This document shows positions 1 through 10,849 of a stretch of 64,000 bases of DNA, piece after piece. Source of the stretch: Rhynchocyon petersi. Lineage: Eukaryota. Both the position numbers and the translations under genes were made by a program. The notes under the pieces are model-generated. The model ran no database searches, was not told the DNA's origin, and saw only the letters and a list, made by a program, of their open reading frames with translations. The stretch spans positions 22,366,880 through 22,430,879 of the forward strand of contig CM091797.1 of assembly GCA_043290085.1 (NCBI GenBank). Reading direction: 5' to 3'. Within the stretch, counting starts at the first letter, position 1. Each line of letters begins with the position of its first letter.

Positions 1-66
1 ATTTGTGGCCAAAAAAGCAAATGTACGTGGAAAAAATATTTGCAACAAACATAATATAAGCCTATG

Positions 67-267
67 GGCAGCTGGTATGGCCTAGTGGTGAAAGAGCTGC
101 ACTGCAAGCCCAAAGGCACGCGGTTCAAACCTGCCAGCTGCTCCGCCTAGTGGTGAAAGAGTGGTTTCTACTTCCGTATGAGATACTGCCTCCGGAAACC
201 TTCGGGAGGGTCACTATGAGTCATTCATGACTTGACGGTACACCACCACCATGACACCACCACCATG
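67..267 (+). mobile_element. tRNA-derived SINE with RTE-type 3' tail (AfroSINE-related, family A)
   Basis: ggcagctggtatggcctagtggtgaaagagctgc...cacgcggttcaaacctgccagctgctcc...gggtcactatgagtc...caccaccacc; A/B-box-like head, RTE-like tail. Confidence 0.8.
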
Positions 268-1192
268 GTTAGTAAGGCTGATATTTTTATTATGTTATAT
301 AGTTATAGAAATTGGTAATGGAAAAATGTTGGCCTCCAAACATTACAGAAGATTCATAATATAGGGGTGTCGTATGTAGTTTGGGGCTATTAGCCTGAAA
401 GTCGACAGTTCTACCTGGTGCTTCCTGAAAGACAGATGGGCAGTCGTCACCTTTAAAGATGGAAGCCCAAGGGAAGGTCACTAGGAGCCAGAACCCATCT
501 GATGGCATTGCATTTGGTTTATTACCATTAAATGAAGATAGAGGTGTGTTCACTGTCTGTAACAGTTATATAGTAAAATTGTAACAGTTTTAAGGAAGAG
601 TATTGAGATGATAGTGTAGATGCTAAGACAAGCTCAGGGGAATGGGCACTCTGATTTTGTGGATGGTATCTTGTCTGATGATAACACTTTAAGAAAGCAG
701 GGACACTATGTAAGGTTTTAGAAATAGTCATCCAGTTGTACTCAGAAAGAAATCACCCTTAAGTGAAGACATTCACAGAAAATCTTAAGTGTGGATAAAC
801 TTATGTATGCATAGAACTTTTTGGAAATACATTTACTAACAAATGTTAAAATTGTTGAAATATCTCAAATGTACAGTTCTCTCATCACAGCTGAATAGAC
901 GGTTGAACATTTATTCAATAGAATATTAGGCAATCATCAAAATGATTTTTAAACAAAACTTTAGTGATTAGAAAATACACTACAAATATTATAATCTTAA
1001 AAATCAGTATTTAGTGACAGTATTTCCCCTGACTTGGTTCACCTTTCTCAAATAACATCTATATTTGAAACTGACAGGTATATACAAATGCATTGTTTTA
1101 GAGTAGTTGTATCTGAAGTGTGTGTCATTGGGCTAATATAATTTTACATATATGTTTTATGTACATAAATATTTAAATGATGCTGTTATTAT

Positions 1193-1356
1193 GTACCATT
1201 GAGTCGGGACCAACTCACAGCTGACCCCTCTAGTCGGTTTTAAGAAGATGTAAATTGGTTGGAAGGAAGGAGATTATCTTTCTCCTGTGGAACAGTTGGT
1301 GGACTCAGACCTCCTGATTTTGGGTGGGTAGTGCAATTCCTTACCTACTAGGCCAC
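1193..1356 (-). mobile_element. SINE family A, minus orientation, first of two tandem copies
   Basis: Reverse complement of the family A consensus (gtaccattgagtcgggaccaactcacagctgaccc ... cctactaggccac). Confidence 0.7.
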
Positions 1357-1533
1357 TTGTTAGGTACCTTGTTAGGTACCTTCAAGACAGGACCAACTCA
1401 TAGCTGACTCTCCAGCAAGTTTCCTGAGGCAGTAAGTAACCCGCATAGGAATTGACACCCCACTTTCTCTCGAGGAACAGCTGGCAGATTTGAACCTTGG
1501 GTTCGCAGCATAACTCCTTACCACTAGGTCACC
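1357..1533 (-). mobile_element. SINE family A, minus orientation, second tandem copy
   Basis: ttgttaggtacc...gaccaactcatagctgac...ccactaggtcacc. Confidence 0.7.
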
Positions 1534-2106
1534 AGAACTCCCTAATTATTTAATTACAAGTAGAGAAGCCCTAGTCAATACAGATAAATATGTGTGCGTC
1601 CATACACATGCACATGAATTTTTAATTTCTTCATGAAACTTAGTAAATCAACTGAAGAAGTAAGAGTTCACACTAGTCTTACTTGTATTTCCAAACTAGT
1701 AGTTCACTACCCTTTTCGTGTATGGTCCCATTTTATACCTTTCCTTCTTGCTGAAATCCTGGGCCAGCGCTGAGCTTGGTTCTTTGTTCTTACATGTTTC
1801 AGAAAGAGTCCACAGTGGCACAGTGCTTACAGCATTGTCTTTTGTGCTTGAAAGCTGCCAGGAACATCATGCTTCATCCACTGTTTGACAGTCTAGTATT
1901 TTGATGTTTGACATCTAATTTTATTAGTCTTAGTTTTCAACTTAATTATGGTATACTGATAGAAAATGAGTTAAATTCAAATATATTTTGTTTTTGTGAG
2001 CTTATTACTGTATCTTGAGTAACACATAAAGAGTCACTCCACAGCACAGATACCACTCTGGTCACATAAGAATAATGGCATTAATAACTCTTTTTCTTTT
2101 TTTAAG

Positions 2107-2217
2107 TCACTACTTAGAAGTCCAGAAGTAGTGCAGTTTTTACAGAAACAGCAGCAACTGTTAAGCCAGCAAGTGTTGGAGCAAAGACAGCAGCAGTTTC
2201 CAGGAGCACCAGTGTGA
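2107..2217 (+). CDS. Possible 3'-terminal coding exon of an upstream plus-strand gene; tail ...SLLRSPEVVQFLQKQQQLLSQQVLEQRQQQFPGAPV followed by TGA at 2215-2217
   Basis: Textbook polypyrimidine tract (ctctttttctttttttaag) and AG acceptor immediately before 2107. 36-codon open frame with a Gln-rich helical tail ending in a stop. Unique, non-repeat sequence. Confidence 0.3.
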   Translation, partial: SLLRSPEVVQFLQKQQQLLSQQVLEQRQQQFPGAPV

Positions 2218-2848
2218 GAAAACTTAGAACCTACGTGGTTTTTATCCTGATGCAGTAGATGAACATATTTTTATACTACAGTGAAACGTGCTGGGCTGTG
2301 CCAGTCGAACATTACCGTTTTCTGGGAAATGTGTGTGTGCATTTGGGGATAAGTGAGTGTGGCACTTTGTGCATCTGCACCTTTCATTTGCTGTGAACAT
2401 TATTTTTAAAAATCAGCATATGTTTCCAAACTAAGACTGAATTCCAATGTTCTCTTAAACACAATTTTGCCCTTCAGGCATTGTTTCTGAAGGTAGTGAA
2501 GCAGTTACTTTCTGTGGAAGTTATGAAGTTAATAGATAGTAATCTTAATCATCTAGCGAAGCAGTTCTCATCAAGAGCAATTGGAATTTATTTTACTGTC
2601 AGTTACTGTGGAGACTGCTAGCTTTCTTTGGGTGAGTTAGCAATACTGAAATGTCCAGGAGTGTTGAGATAGACCCACAAAACCCAAAATTATCCCATCA
2701 ATGATGCCAACAAAGTCTTCTGTTAGTAGTACTGGTATCTTGCTTGCAGTGACGAGGAGCTGGCACCTGGAATTGGTTTCTAGTTAAAAGCCGTTCATTA
2801 CAGCTTTACAGCAAAGAGAGTCCATTTTAGGTTGCTAAGGAAGTAATC

Positions 2849-3030
2849 GGCAGCTGGTATGGCCTAGTGGTGAAAGAGCTGCGCTGCAAGCCCAAAGGCA
2901 CGCGGTTCAAACCTGCCAGCTGCTCCGCGGGAGAAAGAGTGGTTTCTACTACCGCGTGAGATACCGCCTCCGGAAAGCCTCCGGAGGGTCACTATGAGTC
3001 GTTCACGACTCGACGGTACACACCACCACC
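2849..3030 (+). mobile_element. SINE family A, young copy with perfect 12-bp target site duplication aaggaagtaatc
   Basis: Near-identical to the copy at 67-267. The flanks aaggaagtaatc|SINE|aaggaagtaatc are read directly from the sequence. Many CpGs are retained. Confidence 0.85.
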
Positions 3031-4294
3031 AAGGAAGTAATCAGTGTTAAATAACTCTGAGATTAAGATGTGCATATCTTCTCAAGGATGTACTGGTAGA
3101 ATGTCAGGTGGATCACTATATCACATCCACCACCGTGAACACATTATCCAAAATGAATTTTTTTTTCATGTTACCTTTGGGCTTTCATCCCTTTGAAAGC
3201 AAACATCCTTGCATGTTCAATCTGTGGGTAGTGTAGATGTACCTCAGCTCAGCAGTGACAGAAGAGGATATTTTTCTTATAATCATTTCTTTTTCACAAA
3301 ATGAAATCTTGAAAATAAAAGTGACATTCCAGCATTTCATCAATGTTTTCCAAAGCAGAACTCTTCAGACTCTCTTATTCCTAAATAGTCAAAGTTATCT
3401 GGAAAAACTTATTTTTCTCCTCAGAAAACTTCAAGAAAGCCCAGTTAATATGGGTACTAACAAATAGATAACAAAAAAGATTTCCATTGTTAGGGTAATT
3501 AATGTATGTGTCTTAAACATAAAGAGATGTTAATTTCTTACTTTGTAAAACTCTGATATATTTTAATTGAAGCATAGACATGACTGTTCTAATAAGATGG
3601 ATTTATGGGGAAAATGTTCATTTTATATGTGTTTCATATCTGTGCAAAAATACTTAACATAATTCATTAAAATTGAGATTTTTGACCTTGAACTGTCTCG
3701 TTCATTTGCTCTGCTCTGTAGCTGGCTCACACTAGAAACAAAGGAATTAGCACACATTTGTAACTAACTGCTAGGTGCTTCTTGTATGGCGGTGAGCATT
3801 TTCTGGCCACATTTTATCAAATCCTTAAAGCTTAAGCTTAAGGTTCCCTCTAGGGAGGGAAACATTAGGTGATGCTACATTAAGTATCAGTGGAGTGGGA
3901 AAGGTGGGGACAGAGCAGGCTAGTAAGGGCTGAATGAAAGAAGAGTTTTGTTATGATTAGTACTTAAAAACTACTGCGAAGAATTGAGAGGTCAGAACGT
4001 ATCTTCCAGGATACCGTAAGGAGTACGAACTGTGCATTTGTCTATTTGGGTAGGAACTGGGCAGTGTTCAACACAATTTAATTATTGTCTGCTGCTTCAG
4101 AAATGCTTTTTACGTTCTAAAACTGCTACCTAACAACAACAGCAAAACTGCTGGTGAAACCAAGTTTTTACTTAGTGGAGGTAAATTTATTGCTTTCTAT
4201 GCAAAATCTCATGCAACTGGGTCAATAGGGCAGCTTCATGATTAGTGGAGAAAAGATTGAAGTCATCAAAGATTTCATTTTACTTGAATTCACA

Positions 4295-4480
4295 CCACCA
4301 TGGCTTAGTGGTAAAGGAGCTGCGCAGGCAACCCACTGGCACACAGTTCTAATCCGCCAGCTGCTCCGCTGGAGAAAGAGTTGCTTCAACTCCAGTGCAA
4401 GACACTGCCTCTAGAAACTCTCAGGAGGGTCACTATGAGTCGGTCATGACTCGATGGTACCCCACCACCACTACCACCAC
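4295..4480 (+). mobile_element. SINE family A
   Basis: ccatggcttagtggtaaaggagctgcgc...gggtcactatgagtcggtcatgactcgatggtacc ccaccaccactaccaccac. Confidence 0.8.
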
Positions 4481-4655
4481 AGAATTTAGTCATGTGCTGT
4501 TGATTTGGAACGGACTCATCGCTGACATTCCATTATTTTAAGCTATAAATTGCACAGTAATTTACTGACATCTTTATCCTTCTGAATAGGTAGTGAATTC
4601 AAACTTTGAGCCTTTAGGTTGGCAGGTGCAGCTCCTTCCTTACCACTAGGCCAAC

Positions 4656-4935
4656 CAGAGCCATATGAAAGTTGTTATATGCCATCAAGTTGAGTATGAC
4701 TCATAGCAACCCTATGAATTGTGGATCTGAAACCTGCCCTATCCTGCACCATCCTCACCATCCCCAACACACTCCAACCCATCACTGCAGTCATGGTGTC
4801 CATCCATCTAGTCCAGGATTTGCCTCTCCTTCCTTAACCCTCTACCTTTCCAAGCATGATGCCCCTTTCCAGGGACTCGCCTCTCCTAACAACATGACCA
4901 AAATATGTGAGGTAAAGCTTCACCATCCTTGCTAG
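4656..4935 (-). mobile_element. RTE/BovB-type LINE 3' end fragment (minus)
   Basis: Reverse complement of the RTE ORF2 C-terminus and tail (gttgttatatgccatcaagttgagtatgactcatagcaaccc...). Confidence 0.8.
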
Positions 4936-5770
4936 TGGCTAAACCTCAAAACCAAGATTCTCCTGACTGGGCCAATAGGGAGCGTCATAATTAACAGAGA
5001 AAGGATCGAAACTGTCAATGATTTTATAGTTCTTAGATCACACTCAACACCTCTAGCACTGATGATGATGATGGGTACGGTAGAGTCATGACCAACTCAT
5101 AGCTGACCACTCTCCCCTCCCCCCCCGTGGGTTTCCGGAGGCAGTATATCATACACAGCAGTTGACGCCACTCTTTCTCCCGAGGAGCACCTGGATTTTA
5201 TCATACTTGGATCCACAGTCAACACCCCTAGCACTAGCAGAAGACGCATCACATTGGGAAAGGCTGCTACTAGGGATCTCTCCCAAGTACTGAAGAGTAA
5301 TGATGTCAGTTTGAAGACAAAGGTACACCTGATCCAAACCATGGTCTTCTCAATTGCTACCCATGCATTTGAAAGTTGGACGGTGACTAGAGATGACACA
5401 ACAAGAATTGATGCCTTTGAACTGTGGTGTTGGAGAAGAGTGCTCAGTATCCCATGGATGACCAAAAAGCCAAACAAGTATGTCCTGGAGAGGATCCAGC
5501 CAGAGTGCTCCTTGAAGGCAAGGGTGGTGAAGTTTCCCCTTACATAGTTTGGATATGTTGTTAGGAGAGGCCAGTCGCTGGAGAGGGACATCATGCTAGG
5601 AACAATGGAGGGTCAGAGAAGGGGAGGCAGACCCTTGACTAGATCTTTGGACACAGTAACTGCTGTGATGGGCTTGAGTGTTTTGGGAATGCTGAGGATG
5701 GTACAGTATAAGGTGGGTTTCAGATTTACTGTTCATTAGGGTTGCTACGAGTCATCCTCAAATGGATGGC
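4936..5770 (+). mobile_element. RTE/BovB-type LINE 3' portion (plus), interrupted by a nested minus SINE at 5061-5193
   Basis: Encodes ...LKTKVHLIQTMVFSIATHAFESWTVTRDDTTRIDAFELWCWRRVLSIPWMTKKPNKYVLERIQPECSLKARVVK...GQRRGGRP; ends with ...cataacaa tail. Confidence 0.85.
5061..5193 (-). mobile_element. SINE family A, 5'-truncated, nested in RTE
   Basis: gatgatgatgatgggtacggtagagtcatgaccaactcatagctgacc...gaggagcacctgg. Confidence 0.7.
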
Positions 5771-6978
5771 ACATAACAAGTAATAGATACCAAACCAGCC
5801 CTATTGCATCTTGCTCACTGACTTGCTTTACCACCACCCAACAAGCACAAATTTCAAGAAAAAATCTGGGGGGTTTTTTGTAAGCGGGGTAAGTTGTCAG
5901 GAGGGCAGGAGCTGGTAAGATGCATTGAGTGAAAGGCTACTGACCAGACCGAGTTCTCCTGTCGACTTCTCCCCTCCTGTGGTCTCCTCTTGCCCATTTC
6001 CTGGCTTGTTCCTCCTGTCTGTCCTTCTTGTCATTCTCGCTGTCAGTTTGCTCAGCATCCTGAGCTCCACAGAGGAAAATCCTGCTGTTTTCTTTACGAA
6101 CAAGAGGTGTAATGTTGGCTCTAATTGGGCTTTCTAAAGAGGTGCTGGGCCTCCTCCAGTGAGAGCCACTGTGGGTCAGGGACATGGGGCACAGGAGTGG
6201 GGCCCCACATCTCCTTTAATTTAGAGGGGGGTGGTAGGGACAATCTAGACCTTTTCTCTCTCCCACTTTCGCAATTGCTCACACATTTCCTGCAGCCATT
6301 CCATCTCCTGGTTACAGGCAAGGCTGGGTGGGGCAGGGCAGACCTGTGGGCGGTTCTCAATAGGGTGTCTCTCTCTGGGGTGGAGCAAGCAGATAAACAC
6401 TCAACTCTAACTCTAAGGAAGACCCTTCAGGCAGCCACAAGGCATCTTGGGAAGAGTTGTAACAATTGAGTTCAGGAACCTCACTACTGGACTCCTCTAA
6501 GACCACATTCTTTCCTTTGAACCCCAGCCCCCTTCTCTGCACCCCCATCCTGTGACATCTCCCAAGCTGGCCCCTCCCATGCATTCCCAGAAGACATAAC
6601 ACCCTCTGCCTCCTGGCAAGTTTGAATTGCAGTCTTCACTCTAGCATGCCATTGGTTCCAAACCTTGGCAATCACTGCTTGGAGAAGTCAGTCTCCAGTG
6701 AGGGGCTGACTTGCTGGAGCGACAACAGGATGGTATGTCTGCACTCCAGGGGTCTCTCTAGCACCAAAGAAGATTGCTTTTATTTAAATAAGTGATGCAA
6801 CTCTGATGGTGTGCTAGTTAGAGAAACCCACAGGACAAAAATTTGCCCAATAAATGGCAGCGGAGCTCACAACTGGCTAATTCTCCCACTCCATCATACC
6901 CCCTGGGAGGACAGAGGATGTGGAACCAGGCAGCTCTGAAGTTTCTATCCCTCCTCCTGCCCCTGGTCTCATGTACAA

Positions 6979-7160
6979 TGATGATGATGATGGGTAGGGT
7001 CTAGTCGTGACTGACTCATAGCTGACCCTCCCCAGGATGTCTGGTGGCAGTATATCACAAGGGAGTTGATGCTACACCCTCGAGGAGCAGCTGGTGTATT
7101 TGAATCATGTGCCTTTGGGTTGGCAGCACAGCTTCTTACCCCTAAGGCAGAGCAGCTGCT
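6979..7160 (-). mobile_element. SINE family A (minus)
   Basis: atgatgatgatgatgggtagggtctagtcgtgactgactcatagctgaccctcc...ggcagagcagctgc. Confidence 0.75.
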
Positions 7161-7610
7161 CTAGAGTCAAATAAACCCTTCGGCCTGAACTCGAGGCTGT
7201 AAATGGGTGGGAAGGAGATCGCCCAGCATTCTCTGGTCGGGCTGCCCTGGACTCGATCCGCCTACTTTGGTTCAGGACAGGGCAGGTTGTTCACAGGGTC
7301 CCTGAGTCCTAGTCGACTCCCCAGCAACTACAACACCCTCCCTGCGTTTGCAGCGATAGTCCTTATCCCCTAGGCCACCAAAGCTCCATCCAGCCCCCTG
7401 GATGGTGGCAGGTCTGACTCTCCCCTCTGGGGATTGCATCCCCTCCCCTGGAGCCCTTCAGGACTCACCTTGCCCATGACCTCCACATGGGGTGCCTGGC
7501 TCGATCAGGTAGTCTGGCGCCTTGGAGACTCCCCTTGCGAGGAGCTCAGTGTAGGGCACAGGGCCTGGTGGTTCAGGGCGGCTCCTCGAGTTGGGTGAGG
7601 TCAGGTGCAG

Positions 7611-7796
7611 TGCGTGGGCTAGTGGTAAGGAGCTGTGCTGCCACCTCAAAGGCATGTAGTTCGAATCTGCCAGCTGCTCCCAGGGAAAGAGTGGTGTCAA
7701 CTCTCCTGTCTGATATACTGTCTCCGTAAACTCAGGAGGGTCATCTATGAGTTGGTCATGACTCGGTGGTACCCATCATCATCATGGGCACCCCGA
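7611..7796 (+). mobile_element. SINE family A flanked by about 27-bp imperfect direct repeats
   Basis: gctagtggtaaggagctgtgctgcc...gggtcatctatgagttggtcatgactcggtggtacccatcatcatcatgg; the flanks cgagttgggtgaggtcaggtgcagtgc / cgagttgggcgagttcagctgcagtgc. Confidence 0.75.
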
Positions 7797-8336
7797 GTTG
7801 GGCGAGTTCAGCTGCAGTGCAGGCCAGGTCTGGCACCTACAGGCGAGCGTGGTCCAGATCCACGTGAAAAGGGGCTCAAGCCCGAACCGCAAAAAACAGG
7901 AACAGGATGGGAACACAATGCCCAAGAGTGAAGCTGAGAGGTGAGCCCAGAAGCCCAGTTTTGCTGCTGATCACAGCAAGGGCCCTCCAAGCCCCTGGCT
8001 TTAAACCAGCTGGACCCTGACCCCAGCCCACCCAGGAGCTAAGAGACCTACGGGAACATGGAGGGGGATGAACTGCACCCTCCCCCAGGGCTAGAGCTGA
8101 GAGGCAGAGCCTAGACCATTAAGTCCCCGTGATCCAGGTATTGGCAAGTCCATCCCAGTCCGCAACCCTGGCCCATGCTCTCATGAAAATCGACATTTGT
8201 TTTGTGTTTAAAACAACTTGCTAAATAAATCAAAACCAAAAAACTCAACCAAAAAACCTGAGCGTGCTTACCAAATGAACGAATGTACAAACACCTAAGA
8301 GCGTTGTCTGCCAGCCCTACTGCAGACTAAAGGTTG

Positions 8337-10062
8337 TTGTTGGTGCCATCGAGTCAAGGATGACTCATAGCAAGTCTATGAACAGCAGATCGGAAACCCC
8401 CCCATTCTGCACCATCCTCACCTTCCTTGACACACTCGCACCCACCACTGCAGTCACCATGTCCATCCATCTAGTCATAGTCTTCCTCTCTTATTCTGCC
8501 TTTCCACCTTTCCAAGCATGAAGTCCTTCTCCAGGAACTAGCCTTTCCTCAAGATGTCTCCCCTATGTGAGACAAAACTTCACCATCCTTGCCTCTAAGG
8601 AGCACTCTTGTTGCACTCTCTCCAGAACATATTTGTTTATTCTTCTGCTCATCCATAGGACATTGAGCACTCTTCTTCAGCACCACAGCTCAGAAGCATC
8701 AATTCTTCTTGTGTCATCCCTAATCATCGTCCAACTTTCAGATGTATAGCTATCAACTGAGAAGACCATGGTTTGGATCAGGTGCACCTTTGTCTTCAAA
8801 CTGACATCATTAATCTTCATTCCTTTGTAGAGGTCTTTAACAGCAGCCTTTCCTAATGTGATGCATCTTCTGATTCCTTGACTGCAGGTGCTACAGGTGT
8901 TGACAGTGAGCCAAGTAAGACGAATCTTTGCAACTGCAACCCTTTCTCCATCAATTATGATGGCCCCTAGTTGCCCAGTCATGAGGATCTTGGCTTTCTT
9001 GAGGTTTAGCCGTAGTCCATATTGAAGACTGCAGTCTCTGAGCTTCTGCAGCAAACTTTTCAAGTCCTCTTCACTTTCAGCAAGCAGCGTTGTGTCATCT
9101 GCATATTTCAGTTTCCCAATGTACCTTCCTCCAATCCTGAAGCCAAGGTCTTCCTCGCAGAGACCTGCTTGCTTAAAAATGTGGTCTGCATAAAAATTGA
9201 ATGGGTATGAGCATAGGATACAGCCCTGATGCACGCTTTTCTTGATTTTGAACCATGAAGCATTCCCATGCACTGTTCAGACCAGGGCTTCTTTATCTAG
9301 GTATAGATTTCACAAGAGTATAATTAAGGGTTCTGGAATTCCCATTTTCCTCATTGTTAGCTATAGTTTGTTGTGATCCACACAGTCAAATGCTTTTGCA
9401 TAGTCAATAAAACATAAGGAGACATTTCTTCTGATATTCATTACTTTCAGCCAAGATCCATCTAGCATCTACAATGATACCCCTGGTGCCATGGCCCCTT
9501 CTGAATCCAGCCTGACTTTCTGGCAGTTCTCTGTTGATGTACTGCTACAATCATTTCTGAATAAACTTCATAGGATTTTTCTTGCATGTGATATCAGTGA
9601 TACTGTTCTATAGTTTCCACATTCTCTGTGATCACTTTTTTGGGGGAACTGGAACAAATATGGATGTCTTCCAATCACTTGGCCAGGTGGTAGTCGTCCA
9701 GACTTCTTAGCACATCTTGGTGAGTACGTCCAAGGCTGCATCTGTTTGTTGAAGCATGTCAATGGATGTTCCATCTGTTCCTGGGATCTTGGTTTTTTTG
9801 CCAATGCCTTCAGTGCTGCTTCCACTTCCTCCCTCAATACTGTTGGTTCTTGGACATAGTCTACTTCCTGAAATACTTCTGTGTCAGTCCTTTTTGATAC
9901 AGTGACTTTGTGCACTCCATCTTCTCTTGATGCACCTTGGGCCATTCACTATGTTAGTCATACCATCCATCTTTTAGTAGTGCTACTCAAGGTTTTAATT
10001 CGGAGGATTGGAGGAAGATGCATCAACAACCTGAGATACAGTTTACACAACCCTGCATACTA
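8337..10062 (-). mobile_element. RTE/BovB-type LINE, about 1.7 kb, containing the reverse transcriptase domain (degenerate)
   Basis: The minus-strand ORFs encode the RT motifs: ...FPQKSDHRECGNYRTVSLISHARKIL and ...IGGRYIGKLKYADDTTLLAESEEDLKSLLQKL...KTKVHLIQTMVFS...RIDASELWC. The 3' tail gttgttgttggtgccatcgagtc is at 8337. Confidence 0.85.
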
Positions 10063-10174
10063 AAAGTGAAGAGGACTTGAAAAGTTTGTTGCAGATGACC
10101 AAGTACTGCAGTCTTCAATATGGATTATGACTAAACCTCAAGGAAACCTCCATCCTCACCACTAAGCCACTAAT

Positions 10175-10790
10175 GTTGTTGTTATGTGCCATCAAGTTGA
10201 GGATGACTCATAACCATCTTATGAACAGCAAATCTGAAACACCCCCATCCTACACCATCCTCACCATCCCTGACATAACTTGCACCTATCACTGCAGTCA
10301 CTATGTCCACCCATCTAGTCGAGAGTTTGCCTTTCTCTGACCCTCCACCTTTCCAAGCATGACGTCCCTTTCCAGGGACTGGCCACGCCTAACAATATGT
10401 CCAAAATAGATGAGGCAAAGCTTCACTATCCTTGCCTCTAAGGGGCACCCAGGTTGTACTCTTTACAGGACATACTTATTTGTTCTTTTGGCAGTCCATG
10501 GAATATTGAGTACTCTTCTCCAACACCAGAGCTTGAAGGCATCAATTCTTCTATCATCCCTAGTCGTTCCACCTTTGGAGGCATAGCTAGTAATTGAGAA
10601 GACCATGGTTTGTAGCAGGTGTACCTTTGTTTTCAAACTGATATCATTACCCTTGAGTAGTTTGGGAAGGACTCTAACATCAACCTTTCCCAATGTGAGT
10701 CCTCTTTTGATTTCTTGACTGCTGGTGCTACATACAGGTGTTGACTGTGGAGCCGAATAAGACAAAATCATTGTCAATCCTTTCAGCCCA
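10175..10790 (-). mobile_element. RTE/BovB-type LINE 3' fragment (minus)
   Basis: The tail gttgttgttatgtgccatcaagttgaggatgactcataacc; ORF ...RIDAFKLWCWRRVLNIPWTAKRTNKYVL. Confidence 0.85.
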
Positions 10791-10849
10791 GGAGGTGCAG
10801 TGCGATCAGGGCCACCTGAGTCCTGCTGGGCGACTGGTTCCCAGAGGAA

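Noticed and set aside
8677-9273. 198-aa ORF with a reverse-transcriptase motif; similar RT or tail ORFs at 5254-5547, 9568-9945, 10463-10777, 19264-21032, 29859-30233, 39043-39378, 46022-46285
   Set aside because: These are RTE/BovB LINE ORF2 remnants (TE-derived), frameshifted and truncated. They are annotated as mobile elements, not host genes, and they are not a retron or DGR-like RT, because the context is eukaryotic.
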